Positions 10,621-20,580 of a stretch of DNA of 64,000 nucleotides are shown here, piece after piece. Position 1 is the stretch's first letter; each line of letters begins with the position of its first letter. Source of the DNA: a virus; IMG/VR virus record IMGVR_UViG_3300007609_001696, positions 1-64,000 of that record, one strand, 5' to 3'. The notes beneath the pieces are model-generated. The model did not search any database, was not told where the DNA came from, and worked only from the letters and a program-made list of their open reading frames with translations. A program made the translations under genes and the position numbers.

Positions 10621-10943
10621 TATAGGTCCTTGAGAATTTGGTCAGTTGCTTGGCTAGCACTGGTTGCAACAGCTTTAACATTTACATGATAATCAAGCCC
10701 TTCGATTAGGTCTTCTAGCTCGCTTAATTTTTCTTGAATTGCTTCTTCCAGGTCCTTTGGATCAGTGCCTTGATTTAATAATGCCTGAATATCAATGTCT
10801 ACTTTGTTCCCGCTTTTAGTGTTGATAATAATCTTATCCAACATCTCAACAGGAACTTCGTGCATGTCAACATCACTGATAAGTATCTCCCACTTGGATA
10901 GAAAATCAAGATTTAGTGTGTCAACATGATCACGATCTGGCAC
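10620..10943 (-). CDS. Hypothetical protein
   Basis: Translationally coupled ORF in the operon. Confidence 0.6.
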   Translation of the reverse strand: MPDRDHVDTLNLDFLSKWEILISDVDMHEVPVEMLDKIIINTKSGNKVDIDIQALLNQGTDPKDLEEAIQEKLSELEDLIEGLDYHVNVKAVATSASQATDQILKDL

Positions 10944-11626
10944 TATTCAGCTACCTTGTTTGCAGTTGTAGATTTAGATGCCGTGCTTGTTGTGGATGAC
11001 TTAGTCTTTGTATTTGTAGACTTTGTTGCAGTGCTTTTTTTGCTTGCAGTGCTACGATTTGTAGTTGACTTCGGTTTTAAGCTAGGGTCAAGATTGTAGG
11101 CTTCTGCCTGTAATTTTTTTGCTTCTGCTAGCATTGCTTCTGCATCTGCAAGCATCTTCGATGCAATTTGATCATTTGTTAGTACATCTGCAGAGCTATC
11201 TGTTGCAGGTAATGCTTTTGCAGGATCTCGTAAACCTGACTGCGAGTCAAGTTCTGCCATCTTATCGGCTGCTTCGCCGCCCTCCTGCAATTTGTCAACG
11301 ATCTCGTTTAACTCGTCTAATCGAACTTGGCTTTTGGCGTTAGGAACCATAATTACCTGATTGGTCTGAACTTTTTTGATATAGTTCTCTCGATGCAGTG
11401 TGTGCAGAAGTTTATTTCCGTCAGTGCCTACGTTTCTATCCAGCGCATCTGCAAAGTTTTCACTTTGTTGCCCCACCTCGCTTTCTAACACACTAGCAAT
11501 GTCGTCATGAATACGACTGGGCAACATTTCGCTGTACACCACCAAACACATGTGATCTTCGCCTGGAACTTTTCGGAACAGTACAATTACTTTTTTGTTA
11601 TTGTGTTTGCCTACGTGTTTAATCAT
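10943..11626 (-). CDS. Hypothetical phage protein with S/T/K-rich tail
   Basis: Strong SD (TAAGGAG), coupled stop/start. Confidence 0.65.
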   Translation of the reverse strand: MIKHVGKHNNKKVIVLFRKVPGEDHMCLVVYSEMLPSRIHDDIASVLESEVGQQSENFADALDRNVGTDGNKLLHTLHRENYIKKVQTNQVIMVPNAKSQVRLDELNEIVDKLQEGGEAADKMAELDSQSGLRDPAKALPATDSSADVLTNDQIASKMLADAEAMLAEAKKLQAEAYNLDPSLKPKSTTNRSTASKKSTATKSTNTKTKSSTTSTASKSTTANKVAE

Positions 11627-11651
11627 TTTTTATCTCCTTAGGAAGCAGTGC

Positions 11652-11906
11652 TTATTCAGCTGCTTCTTCTGTTTCTTGGCTTTCTTCGGCAGATTCTTCT
11701 TCGTTATTGTCTACTTTGATCGCACCACTTGCTACTAAGAAATTTACAATTTTTGTGTATAATGCACCAACAGTTTCCATTTCGTTTGGCTTGAAAGCAC
11801 CGCGCTTAGAGCAAGCGTCAATTACATTAACCATAACTGCTAGGTCATTTACAGAAAGACCTTCTGCTTGATTTTCTTGTGTTTCTACTTGATTTTCTTC
11901 GGACAT
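11652..11906 (-). CDS. Small acidic hypothetical protein
   Basis: AAGGAG SD; TATAAATA late promoter upstream. Confidence 0.65.
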   Translation of the reverse strand: MSEENQVETQENQAEGLSVNDLAVMVNVIDACSKRGAFKPNEMETVGALYTKIVNFLVASGAIKVDNNEEESAEESQETEEAAE

Positions 11907-11938
11907 TGAGAATACTCCTTTTAAATGTTATCTACGTG

Positions 11939-11946
11939 TATTTATA
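11939..11946 (-). promoter_or_regulatory. T4-type late promoter TATAAATA
   Basis: Exact T4 late consensus in the intergenic gap. Confidence 0.65.
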
Positions 11947-11968
11947 TGGGTATATTTAGGTGATAAAA

Positions 11969-12217
11969 TTATTTGATAGTTGGGTATACAAGTTGAAAGA
12001 AACTAGCTTCGCTGCCAGATTCGAATCCGTATACAATTGAATTATAGTTATTACCGTTGACTATACAGTATCTTCCGGTGAAGTTTTTGTATATCCAGCT
12101 TGAAATTTTATTTATTTGGTGGGTGCTCACATCATTTATTTCAACTTGAGTGAAATGCTCTGGCATCCATTCAAGCAATCTTTCTTGGGTGATGTTTAAA
12201 ACATTAACTTCCATCAT
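11969..12217 (-). CDS. Hypothetical protein
   Basis: Overlaps the stop of the VWA gene. Confidence 0.55.
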   Translation of the reverse strand: MMEVNVLNITQERLLEWMPEHFTQVEINDVSTHQINKISSWIYKNFTGRYCIVNGNNYNSIVYGFESGSEASFFQLVYPTIK

Positions 12218-13419
12218 TCTTTGTAGTAAGCATGATTGCCAAATGGAGGTTCAATTGTCTCGTTGCCATGAATGATAAACAGTGTGTCGCAGTAGTTTTC
12301 ATCACCCCAACTATCCCAAGGATAGCCATCTGTGAACATAACAAACAATTTAGGCTCAATATCATTGTTTTTCATAAATTCCCAGTTGGCTGTAAACTGT
12401 GTACCGCCGTATCCTTGAATATCATAGTTGGTGATATCATCAATATTTTCCGCAGTAAACAGCTTAGGATTGTGAACTTCTGTGTCAAAGCACCAAAGAT
12501 GCAACCTGAACTCTGTATAAGAGCTCATAATGCCTTTGATTTCGCCAAAAAAGTCGCGCAACATTTGTTCGTTTACTGAGCCTGACGTGTCTACACTCAC
12601 ACAAATATCAATAGTATCCTCAGGAATCATGCCAGGCATAACAGCGTCGTTGTGCCATCCTTTGCGATTAGGACGCATAAAAGTAAAATCACTTTTTACT
12701 GTGCTTTCAATCTGCATGTCCAACAACTCGCGCCAGTCCATTTTAGGCTCTGTAAGTTCTTCTAAGATACGTTTTACACCGCTGGGCACGTTTCCTGCAC
12801 CGGCAGTTTGTGCTGCTTGTAGTACAGCATTTTTTAGTTCATCTTTGATCTGCTGTTTTTCTTCTTTGCTGAGCTTTGGAGGACCTTTTTTGCCATCACC
12901 ATCTTGTGAATCGTTGCCTGACTCGCCACTGTTGCTGTCGTCTTTGTCGTCCAAGTGCTCGTCCAACAATTGATCCATCAGTTGATCAACATCAATTTTT
13001 TCAGCATTTTCGTACAAGTCGTCGTAGACTTCCTCGTAACTCCAGCCCTCGTATTTGATATCATACAAATAAGGCACATTCTTTGGTCCTTCGCCTACTT
13101 TGTGTCTAAGTAGATCAGCATTTACACAGTAGTCTTGTGCAATATTACTCAGACGAGGGTCACGTCCGTCGATGCGAGTGATGTGGTCATAAATGGCATG
13201 TAGTAATTCGTGTCCAATTAGAAATTCAAGCTCTTTGACACTGAGCTTTTCCACAAACTCTGTGTTGTAAAAAAAGTCTCTGCCGTTGGTAGCCGCTGTA
13301 GGACACCAGTCTGAGCTTTCAATTAACCGCATGCGAGTAGCAAGGTTGCCAAAAAATGGATGGTTAAGAAGCATCTTAACACGAGCAGTAATCAACTTTT
13401 CTTTAACAGCGTCTGACAT
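12214..13419 (-). CDS. Metallopeptidase-VWA protein (DUF2201-like)
   Basis: HELLH zinc motif, NxAxD, C-terminal VWA MIDAS DTSGS...GGT...TDGY. Confidence 0.85.
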   Translation of the reverse strand: MSDAVKEKLITARVKMLLNHPFFGNLATRMRLIESSDWCPTAATNGRDFFYNTEFVEKLSVKELEFLIGHELLHAIYDHITRIDGRDPRLSNIAQDYCVNADLLRHKVGEGPKNVPYLYDIKYEGWSYEEVYDDLYENAEKIDVDQLMDQLLDEHLDDKDDSNSGESGNDSQDGDGKKGPPKLSKEEKQQIKDELKNAVLQAAQTAGAGNVPSGVKRILEELTEPKMDWRELLDMQIESTVKSDFTFMRPNRKGWHNDAVMPGMIPEDTIDICVSVDTSGSVNEQMLRDFFGEIKGIMSSYTEFRLHLWCFDTEVHNPKLFTAENIDDITNYDIQGYGGTQFTANWEFMKNNDIEPKLFVMFTDGYPWDSWGDENYCDTLFIIHGNETIEPPFGNHAYYKE

Positions 13420-13445
13420 GGTATGTCTCCTAATTCAACAAGTTT

Positions 13446-13473
13446 ATTATACACTATTTACAGTACAATGCAA
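13446..13473 (-). promoter_or_regulatory. Sigma70-like promoter TTGCAT-N16-TATAAT with an embedded TAAATA
   Basis: Upstream of the AGGAG SD of the VWA gene. Confidence 0.5.
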
Positions 13474-13478
13474 CCAAC

Positions 13479-14582
13479 TTAGTCGTTGTTTGCATTGATA
13501 ACATACTTGCCAAATCGTTTGTGGAACTCGTTAAAGCTCTTGAGACTGCCTGGCTGGAACGGCAGTTTGTAGTTGACCAGTGCTACTCTGGCACCCATTA
13601 CAACCAACTCAGTTTCAAAATTATCCATCATAAACTTGAAGAAGTTATCTGTCATGTCGTGCCATTTTTTCTTGTCGCCTTCTTTTTTGTAGGCTTCCTG
13701 TAGCTCGTAGCACATTGATACTGTCAGCGAGTACATTGCGGAAATTTCTTTACTTTCCATTTCAGTGACTTCGCCTGATAAAATATCAGTTGGGTTAGGC
13801 AAACTACCAGCAATTTTACGATGTGCCATGAACTTTAATGCAAGTCCCTCTCCTACTGTGCCAGCTACTAAATCTAACATAGTTTGTTCGTCAAGCTGAT
13901 CGTCTCCGATCAACTCGCTCACAAAAGACCATGCACGAGGAGTAGCAAAAGCACGACTTGAGGAGCGAGGATCGAAGTCGAATAAATCTTGCTTTGCAAA
14001 TTGTAGATAACCTACAACATCTGGGTGAATATTATTTTCAACAGCCCACATAAACCAGCTGTCGAATTCTGCTGTCATTTCAAGGTGCACAAAGCGATTT
14101 GCCAACGGACTGGGCATCCGGTATGTAACACCTTTGTCTGACTCTCGGTTACCAGCGGCAACAATCACTACATTGTCTGGCAATGAGTAATTACCAACTT
14201 TGCGATTGAGAATCAATTGATATCCACTGGCTTGTACAGCAGGCGCCGCAGCATTCATTTCATCTAAAAACAAAATAATAGTATCATACTGCTTGGCCAT
14301 TTCTTCTGTTGGAAGATCAACAGGCGGAGCCCATTTCATGGTGTTGCTGTCTTTGTCGTAGTAAGGAATACCTCGCAAGTCAGTGGGTTCCAGCAGTGGC
14401 ATGCGCAGGTCGATCATGTGTGCATTACCGTAGCTTCCACTGGCAGCAAGTGCTGCAATCAGTTCCGACTTTCCAATGCCCGGGGGTCCCCAAAGAAACA
14501 CAGGACGTTTGATGGCAAAACAACGATTGATGGCTGATTTTGCTTGAATACTGCTTACAGTACGATTTTCAGTAAGTGACAT
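13479..14582 (-). CDS. MoxR-family AAA+ ATPase
   Basis: Walker A GPPGIGKS, Walker B LFLDE, AAGN, LANRF, TPR; adjacent to a VWA partner. Confidence 0.9.
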   Translation of the reverse strand: MSLTENRTVSSIQAKSAINRCFAIKRPVFLWGPPGIGKSELIAALAASGSYGNAHMIDLRMPLLEPTDLRGIPYYDKDSNTMKWAPPVDLPTEEMAKQYDTIILFLDEMNAAAPAVQASGYQLILNRKVGNYSLPDNVVIVAAGNRESDKGVTYRMPSPLANRFVHLEMTAEFDSWFMWAVENNIHPDVVGYLQFAKQDLFDFDPRSSSRAFATPRAWSFVSELIGDDQLDEQTMLDLVAGTVGEGLALKFMAHRKIAGSLPNPTDILSGEVTEMESKEISAMYSLTVSMCYELQEAYKKEGDKKKWHDMTDNFFKFMMDNFETELVVMGARVALVNYKLPFQPGSLKSFNEFHKRFGKYVINANND

Positions 14583-14624
14583 AGTTTGCTACTCCTAGTG
14601 TGTCATCTTTTTTGCTACACTGTT

Positions 14625-14652
14625 ATAGTAACATCTGTAGCCTAACTGTCAA
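14625..14652 (-). promoter_or_regulatory. Sigma70-like early promoter TTGACA-N16-(TGn)TACTAT
   Basis: Upstream of the MoxR gene and its AGGAG SD. Confidence 0.6.
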
Positions 14653-15017
14653 CCGTTATTTTCTAGATAAATGCCTATATTGTCCTGATATAACGCCAAC
14701 TCTACAGCAGTGCGTTCACTAAACAGCGCCATTGTTTTTGGCATCAGATAGTAAGGACAAGGCAGTAGTTGGTCGAATCTATAAAGATAGTTCAGTGTGA
14801 GATTTTGAATATTGATCAAATAAAATTCTATGCCAAGCTCGGTGCCTAATATTACAAAGCCCTGCGGCGACAGTCTCAGCCCACCGTCTTTGAGTGTATT
14901 TTGCCAAATGCAGTGCCATGCTTCTTTGAATGCATATCCTTTGTGTTCAACCACATAATCAGTTATCTGTTTTTTTAGAGTATATTGCTTCACCTTGTGT
15001 GAGAAGAAAAACTTCAA
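14649..15017 (-). CDS. Hypothetical phage protein (start uncertain)
   Basis: GGLRLS..G motif; operon context. Confidence 0.55.
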   Translation of the reverse strand: MKFFFSHKVKQYTLKKQITDYVVEHKGYAFKEAWHCIWQNTLKDGGLRLSPQGFVILGTELGIEFYLINIQNLTLNYLYRFDQLLPCPYYLMPKTMALFSERTAVELALYQDNIGIYLENNG

Positions 15018-15261
15018 ATCCGTCGGTGTTAAACTGGTCGTTTAACTTTTTTGCAAGGTTTATAGCATGCCCTGGATTACTGAATGCAACTTTTTTATAT
15101 TTAGGTCCAGGATAACTGACCACTGTGTTGAGACTTTTAAGGTTGATTGGCTCGCCGTTGTAGTACACAGCCCAAAAACCTTCAGATTGAATTACTTGAT
15201 CTGCTTTATAGGTGGATTGATTTAGATCTTGTAGTAGTATTTTGGGTTTTGGTCGACTCAT
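14959..15261 (-). CDS. Hypothetical phage protein (MSRPKP..., GPKYKK..FSNPGHA)
   Basis: GAGG SD and TAAATA upstream. Confidence 0.7.
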   Translation of the reverse strand: MSRPKPKILLQDLNQSTYKADQVIQSEGFWAVYYNGEPINLKSLNTVVSYPGPKYKKVAFSNPGHAINLAKKLNDQFNTDGFEVFLLTQGEAIYSKKTDN

Positions 15262-15283
15262 GTATACACCTCGTGTAGTGTAT

Positions 15284-15490
15284 TTACCAGGTGTTGCCTT
15301 TGATCTCTACCTCTACTACTTGATTTGATTCGCTTTTGCTTTGAAAATGCTGTGCGCCGGCAAGATCGCTTAATACTATGCTGATGTCTGTGCTGAGTTG
15401 TTCTGCTTCCTGCAAAGTCAAAATCAGCTGTTTTTGATTGCTAGCGCGGGCACTTTGTACTCGTTGTAAGAATTTTTTAATATGTATCAT
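15284..15490 (-). CDS. Hypothetical protein
   Basis: Coupled to the upstream gene. Confidence 0.55.
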   Translation of the reverse strand: MIHIKKFLQRVQSARASNQKQLILTLQEAEQLSTDISIVLSDLAGAQHFQSKSESNQVVEVEIKGNTW

Positions 15491-15957
15491 TGTTGTTTAT
15501 GTAATCGCAATTGTTCTTGCATTTCTACCTGTGTCTTATACGGACCTTTGAATTGGTAGCGATGCAGTGTGATTAATTTAGGACAAAATGCTTTGGCCCA
15601 ATTGTTGTTGAACTTGATAATATAGTAGCCAGCACAATAATAACTGCTGGACTTTTGTGACTTTGTAAACAGTGGTAGTTTTTTCTGCACATCATACACT
15701 GCATTGTAAGGAAACAATTTTGTAGGATATCCGTTAACGGCATGTTCGGCTTCGGACTCTGCTGGTTGTTCAGACGAGCCAGCTATAAACCGAATCGAGT
15801 ACTGCTTTTTTAACTGTGATAGATTTTGGAAATTGGTTTTTTGTTTTTTGATTGTAAGTGTTAGACCGCCCTCGGTTTGTTGCAAGATACCGGTTCTTAC
15901 ACCGTTTTCCTCCAATATCCAAAAGTTGTCCGAAAGCTCTTTTGCTAGTATTTCCAT
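15487..15957 (-). CDS. Hypothetical phage protein
   Basis: ATG at 15957 overlaps the RNase H stop; LPLFTKS.KS.SYYCAGYY block. Confidence 0.65.
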   Translation of the reverse strand: MEILAKELSDNFWILEENGVRTGILQQTEGGLTLTIKKQKTNFQNLSQLKKQYSIRFIAGSSEQPAESEAEHAVNGYPTKLFPYNAVYDVQKKLPLFTKSQKSSSYYCAGYYIIKFNNNWAKAFCPKLITLHRYQFKGPYKTQVEMQEQLRLHKQQ

Positions 15958-16952
15958 CAGTGATTTTCCTTGTATGGCGCCTGTAGCCATTCTGCAAATG
16001 CAGTGGCCTGTTCTGACATTTTATGTAGATCGTATTTGCCACAAAATTTTAAAAATTTTGCACCCACCATTGGGTTAGACTTGACTGTGCTGGCCTGTTG
16101 AATGGTTTCGTCTATGTATTGTTTGATGTCCCCGGGCTGTGCTGTAAGATCAATCAGTTGACGATTGCGTTCATAGTCATCTAGCACTCTGTGCTCTTCG
16201 CCATTATGGTCTGTCCAACGCTGTAACATCATGTTGTTCCAATTGAATCCTTTGTTAGATCTGTCAGCGTATGCTTCTAACAGTCCTACTTTGTTTTTGG
16301 TACCTTTTTTGCGCACCCCCGGATAGGCTGAAAATACATTATCACTGGTGTCGCCTCGCATGCATTTCTCAAACAGCAGATATTGCGGATCTCCAGGATG
16401 TTTTTGATCGCCAGTTTTTTTGTCTTTTACTGGATTTCCTTTTCCATCAAAGTATCCGTCTAGTGTAATGTGTTCGTCTGTGATACCATTGTACTGTGTA
16501 ACATTGTGCGCTAGTAGTTGATAATAATCGCTGTCGCTACTAATGATCACATGTTCGTCGTTTGGGTGCAGTGCAATAAATCTTGCAATCATATCATCTG
16601 CTTCGGCAATACTATTTTGTAATACTGTACAGTTGGACTTGTCTTTTAAGAAATCACAAAGATCGTCAAACGCTTCAAAAAACAAACGATCTTCTTCTTG
16701 TTCTGATTCGGTTTTTGCCATGCGTTGTGCACGACGCTGCGCCTTGTATGGAGTGTAAAAGTCTTTGCGCCAACTACGCCCTTCTAGTGCAAATACAACG
16801 TGGTCTGAGTTGTGCATTCTGTGGCATTTGTTTACAGCACCCAGTGTGATATGAATACTAAGACCAAGTTTATCCCACATGTCACTGCCGCGATGTGCAA
16901 CATGTCTGCCACGGAAAAAAGTATTTGCGGCGTCTACCAGTAGATATTTCAT
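15957..16952 (-). CDS. rnh: T4-type RNase H / 5'-3' flap exonuclease
   Basis: LLVD, WRK..Y..YKAQR, EADD, SSDSD..QL, GD.SDN motifs. Confidence 0.9.
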   Translation of the reverse strand: MKYLLVDAANTFFRGRHVAHRGSDMWDKLGLSIHITLGAVNKCHRMHNSDHVVFALEGRSWRKDFYTPYKAQRRAQRMAKTESEQEEDRLFFEAFDDLCDFLKDKSNCTVLQNSIAEADDMIARFIALHPNDEHVIISSDSDYYQLLAHNVTQYNGITDEHITLDGYFDGKGNPVKDKKTGDQKHPGDPQYLLFEKCMRGDTSDNVFSAYPGVRKKGTKNKVGLLEAYADRSNKGFNWNNMMLQRWTDHNGEEHRVLDDYERNRQLIDLTAQPGDIKQYIDETIQQASTVKSNPMVGAKFLKFCGKYDLHKMSEQATAFAEWLQAPYKENH

Positions 16953-17629
16953 TATAACAACTTTCTAATATAAGGGGTTAAATGTTTTGCCCACGCAATA
17001 TGAGCATCCTTGCCAAAGTGAAAAGTATCTAGATGTCTTGTTTTAAAACCTTGTGACCGAAGCCAATCACAATATATGTCTTCCACAAAGCAACCGTGCC
17101 ATTCTTTGTTTAAATACAGAGGAGTAAATGTATTAAAAAACAGATGCTTGATACGTCGATCAAGCAGTTCCTGGTGAAAATCAAAAATACGATTTTCCCA
17201 GTATCTTATTTTTTGCCCGTAGTGTTCTTTGTCGCAGTTTGCAATAAAATTCTTGTATCGATTGTGCAAATCTGCTGGCACACTATCAATTCCACTTCCG
17301 TTGATTTGAAAGTATTCTCCTTCGTGCAACCATTCTTCTCGTTCGGGTGTACTCCAGCCTATCAGCACAAAAATTTCACTTTTGTGTTTTTGATCTAAAA
17401 ATTCTCTAGCGGTACGCAGTATTCTTTCGTTGCTAGCACTGCTGACAGCATCGGTAGCGAAGCCACAGTTTAATGCAGTGGCAATTCGCTTGCCAAAACT
17501 TACTTCAAGATTGTCTGGATGGGGCCTGTCTCTCATGGCTTTGTATCTAGGATCATCACTGGCAAAACAGTAGGTGTTGACTGCTTCTGCGCCTGCACTA
17601 TGACTATCACCGTTTACATAAAGAATCAT
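16952..17629 (-). CDS. SGNH hydrolase-like protein
   Basis: NGDSHSAG, ASNERI, C-terminal H....H..W. Confidence 0.65.
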   Translation of the reverse strand: MILYVNGDSHSAGAEAVNTYCFASDDPRYKAMRDRPHPDNLEVSFGKRIATALNCGFATDAVSSASNERILRTAREFLDQKHKSEIFVLIGWSTPEREEWLHEGEYFQINGSGIDSVPADLHNRYKNFIANCDKEHYGQKIRYWENRIFDFHQELLDRRIKHLFFNTFTPLYLNKEWHGCFVEDIYCDWLRSQGFKTRHLDTFHFGKDAHIAWAKHLTPYIRKLL

Positions 17630-17964
17630 TTGACTTCTGTTCTGCCGTTGCCAATGTCGGTTTTGTCGATGTATTTGTTTGTTGCCGCATCCTGCTCGTA
17701 GGTTTCCAGCACCACGTGTCTACATACATTTCTAAACCAATTGTCTACCACATCAATTTCGGTTTGTCCTTGGAATCCTTCTTTGCGAAGTTGCTCTACA
17801 AAGTAATAATTCCAGTCAAGTTCAAAACTGCCTTCTGTGGCTTTTGTGCCAATGTCTACACCCAATACCTCTACCCATGGTTCGCCACGATGTGTAGCCA
17901 GCTCTTTGGCAGATTTGGCAGGTTGTTGTTTTTTGTTTTTTACTAGTTTGCTCCACCAGCCCAC
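17626..17964 (-). CDS. Hypothetical phage protein
   Basis: GTG start at 17964 after GGAGG; FELDWN motif. Confidence 0.6.
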   Translation of the reverse strand: MGWWSKLVKNKKQQPAKSAKELATHRGEPWVEVLGVDIGTKATEGSFELDWNYYFVEQLRKEGFQGQTEIDVVDNWFRNVCRHVVLETYEQDAATNKYIDKTDIGNGRTEVK

Positions 17965-17966
17965 GA

Positions 17967-19055
17967 CTATTCCTCCAGTTGTTCCCATGGCACATCTTTG
18001 TTGCCAAAGTGTCCATATGTGCATTGTTTACTATACTTGGTAAAGTTAAACAAGTCAAATCTTTTTATAATACCGTATGGTGTTAGATCAACGGAATTAC
18101 ACCAACGTAGAATTGCATCTGTATCACCGTCGCTGTCTACATAAACAGCCATTGGTTCCTTAACGCCAATAGCATAACTCAATTGAACAGTGCACCAATT
18201 AGCCATGCCTTTTGCTACAGCGTTTTTTGCCAACCAGCGAGCCATGTATGCTGCACTACGATCTACTTTGGAGGGATCTTTTCCGCTGAAAGCACCCCCA
18301 CCGTGAGGAGCGTAACCGCCATAAGTGTCAACAATAATTTTTCTACCGGTGAGTCCTGCATCCCCATCTGGGCCACCAATAACAAACTTGCCAGTAGGAT
18401 TGATGTATAGCTTAGTAATTCCTTCATTGTATAAATTTCCCAGTGTTTGCTTGATTGCTTGTTTTGCCAGTCGTTCTGCATCAAGTTCGTGCCCTTCGGT
18501 GTGTTGCGTGCTTACAACCACACTGGTTGCATGATCGGGCTGACCGTCTTTGTAGGCAATACTCACTTGGCTCTTTGAATCGGGGCCAAGTACATGCAAG
18601 TTCTGCTGGCGAATCTCTGCCAAGCATTTTAAAATTTCATGCGAGTAGTGAATGGGTGCGGGCATGTAACTGGGTGTTTGATTACAAGCATACCCAAACA
18701 TTATGCCTTGATCCCCTGCTCCAAACTCATCTGTGCCCAAGCTGATGTCGCCACTTTGTTTGTGTAGGTGATTGTGCACTGTTAACTTGCGCCAGTCAAA
18801 TCCTTCTTGTTCGTAACCAATCTGTTTGACCACATCTTTGACTATGTTTTCCACTTGATCTGTAGAGAGATTAAAGTTTTTCACTTCGCCTGCTACGCAC
18901 ACATAATTAGTTGTAACCAATGTCTCAATTCCTGCACGAGTGGTTTCGTCCCCTGCTTCAAGAGCCGCATCCAGTAATGCATCTGAAATCTGGTCTGCAA
19001 TTTTATCAGGATGCCCTGCACTCACCGATTCACTGGTAAAAATATAATCTGTCAT
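17967..19055 (-). CDS. metK: S-adenosylmethionine synthetase
   Basis: FTSESV..GHPDK, GAGDQG, GGGAFSGKD signatures. Confidence 0.97.
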   Translation of the reverse strand: MTDYIFTSESVSAGHPDKIADQISDALLDAALEAGDETTRAGIETLVTTNYVCVAGEVKNFNLSTDQVENIVKDVVKQIGYEQEGFDWRKLTVHNHLHKQSGDISLGTDEFGAGDQGIMFGYACNQTPSYMPAPIHYSHEILKCLAEIRQQNLHVLGPDSKSQVSIAYKDGQPDHATSVVVSTQHTEGHELDAERLAKQAIKQTLGNLYNEGITKLYINPTGKFVIGGPDGDAGLTGRKIIVDTYGGYAPHGGGAFSGKDPSKVDRSAAYMARWLAKNAVAKGMANWCTVQLSYAIGVKEPMAVYVDSDGDTDAILRWCNSVDLTPYGIIKRFDLFNFTKYSKQCTYGHFGNKDVPWEQLEE

Positions 19056-19072
19056 TTGTTGTTTCCTTATTA

Positions 19073-19924
19073 TTATGTGCCCCAGCCGTTGCCGAAAATA
19101 TCGACATGTAATCTAGGACTGTATCGCCAACCCTCTGACATTGCTAGATGGGCTACGTTTTTGGCGTTTGCTTGATATTCCTCAGCGCACCCGCCAACGG
19201 GCATAATATATACTGGTGCACGTACTCCTGCAAGCGCATATTGGGTAACAGCTTGACGAACTTCCTCCAGATCGGCCTGATCACCAACCACAAACTTAAA
19301 ATAGAGGTTGCTGTTAGGAATGTTAGAATATTCCACTGCAATTTCAGGCCTAATAGCAGAATCCCAAGATTCTCCCGAAACACTGAGTTTTGGGCTACAA
19401 GAAAAAGTCCATGTAATCTGCTTTTGAGTTTCGAGGAATTCACGGAAAGGTCCGCGTAGCTGTTGAGTTGTATTTGTCTCAAAAGTGACATTTTTTAAAT
19501 CCTTCATTTTAGGGTGGCCGAACAGATCTGCGTACAATCTTTGCCATCCTAGTAGAGGTTCCCCTCCTGTTAAAATAAGATGTATGTCTTGCCCGTTGTC
19601 TAGTGTCCAACTGCCGTTTGGTGTTAACTCCAGTAATCGATCTACTACTTCATCAAGTTCACTATCAGTAGCAAGGTGCTTAAACCTAGGATCCCAACTA
19701 GCGTAGCTGTCGCATCCGGTGCGTACAAGAGGTAGTTCCTCAAATGTTGTATAATCTGTTGCAATGACATTTTTATATTCCTCACTTAATTGGCCTTTGG
19801 GCATGCCAAAACCTTCGCATTTAAAATTGCAGCCAAATGTACGCAGGAATACACTAGGCACGCCTACAAACTGTCCTTCGCCTTGCACACTATAAAATGC
19901 TTCTGTGTATCTTAACTTTGGCAT
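19073..19924 (-). CDS. queE: 7-carboxy-7-deazaguanine synthase (radical SAM, CX3CX34C)
   Basis: FYSVQGEG, FLRTFGCN..C, GCDS, TGGEP, ETN, SPK, PRLH; start reassigned to MPKLRY. Confidence 0.92.
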   Translation of the reverse strand: MPKLRYTEAFYSVQGEGQFVGVPSVFLRTFGCNFKCEGFGMPKGQLSEEYKNVIATDYTTFEELPLVRTGCDSYASWDPRFKHLATDSELDEVVDRLLELTPNGSWTLDNGQDIHLILTGGEPLLGWQRLYADLFGHPKMKDLKNVTFETNTTQQLRGPFREFLETQKQITWTFSCSPKLSVSGESWDSAIRPEIAVEYSNIPNSNLYFKFVVGDQADLEEVRQAVTQYALAGVRAPVYIMPVGGCAEEYQANAKNVAHLAMSEGWRYSPRLHVDIFGNGWGT

Positions 19925-20511
19925 TATTTTTCTAGCCTTGCTAATGCATCTTGCGGTGACTCCCAGTCCCATTCAGGAATCATTGGCAATGTCTTGTCCT
20001 TTGCCATTTTACGCTGTGCGTCAGTTTTAGCAGTTTCCTCATCAACTTCGCACATAGCATCGTTGCGATCATGCTCGTACACACGCACTCGCTCTACATA
20101 ACAACGACCTTGTGTGATCTTGTAAATGTAGTGATTAACATGTTCCCAGATAAACAAACTGCTCATTTCCATGCTTACGCCACTGGGCAATACACGTAAT
20201 GTGCCCAATAGGCCATTTGTTTCGATGTGATCACTGCCGCGAAGTTGCTCCAATCGCGGATCGTCTGCTGGAAGAACAGTAACATGATCAAAATAGTATT
20301 CTAAAAACTCCTTCACAGGCTTTAGCCCGCCAAACGGAACAATCCATCCATGCTCGTCTGGTTCACCTGCAAATGTAAATTCTACACTGCGATCATATCC
20401 GTGAATTTGGGCACAATGTCCAGGTGATCCATCTTCTTTGATATCAAACCACTGTGCATGCCCACAAGGTAGATACTTGTATACTTTGGTTGACTTAATC
20501 TTAATACTCAT
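19924..20511 (-). CDS. queD: 6-carboxytetrahydropterin synthase (T-fold)
   Basis: H...HC..IHGY, W..FGGLK, FDH, S.E, V.EH; adjacent to queE. Confidence 0.88.
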   Translation of the reverse strand: MSIKIKSTKVYKYLPCGHAQWFDIKEDGSPGHCAQIHGYDRSVEFTFAGEPDEHGWIVPFGGLKPVKEFLEYYFDHVTVLPADDPRLEQLRGSDHIETNGLLGTLRVLPSGVSMEMSSLFIWEHVNHYIYKITQGRCYVERVRVYEHDRNDAMCEVDEETAKTDAQRKMAKDKTLPMIPEWDWESPQDALARLEK

Positions 20512-20580
20512 CTCTTGCCTCCGTTGAGTAAGTTTGATGACGCAGAATTTTTAAAGTGGGTTGATGTCGAGACCACTGTG
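20512..20580 (-). ncRNA. Candidate preQ1-I-like riboswitch / pseudoknot in the queD 5' UTR
   Basis: AGUGG/CCACU P1, loop UCUC-GAC-AUCAAC, A-rich tail UUAAAAA, downstream GUC able to pair with GAC, then GGAGG in a weak hairpin. Confidence 0.5.
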
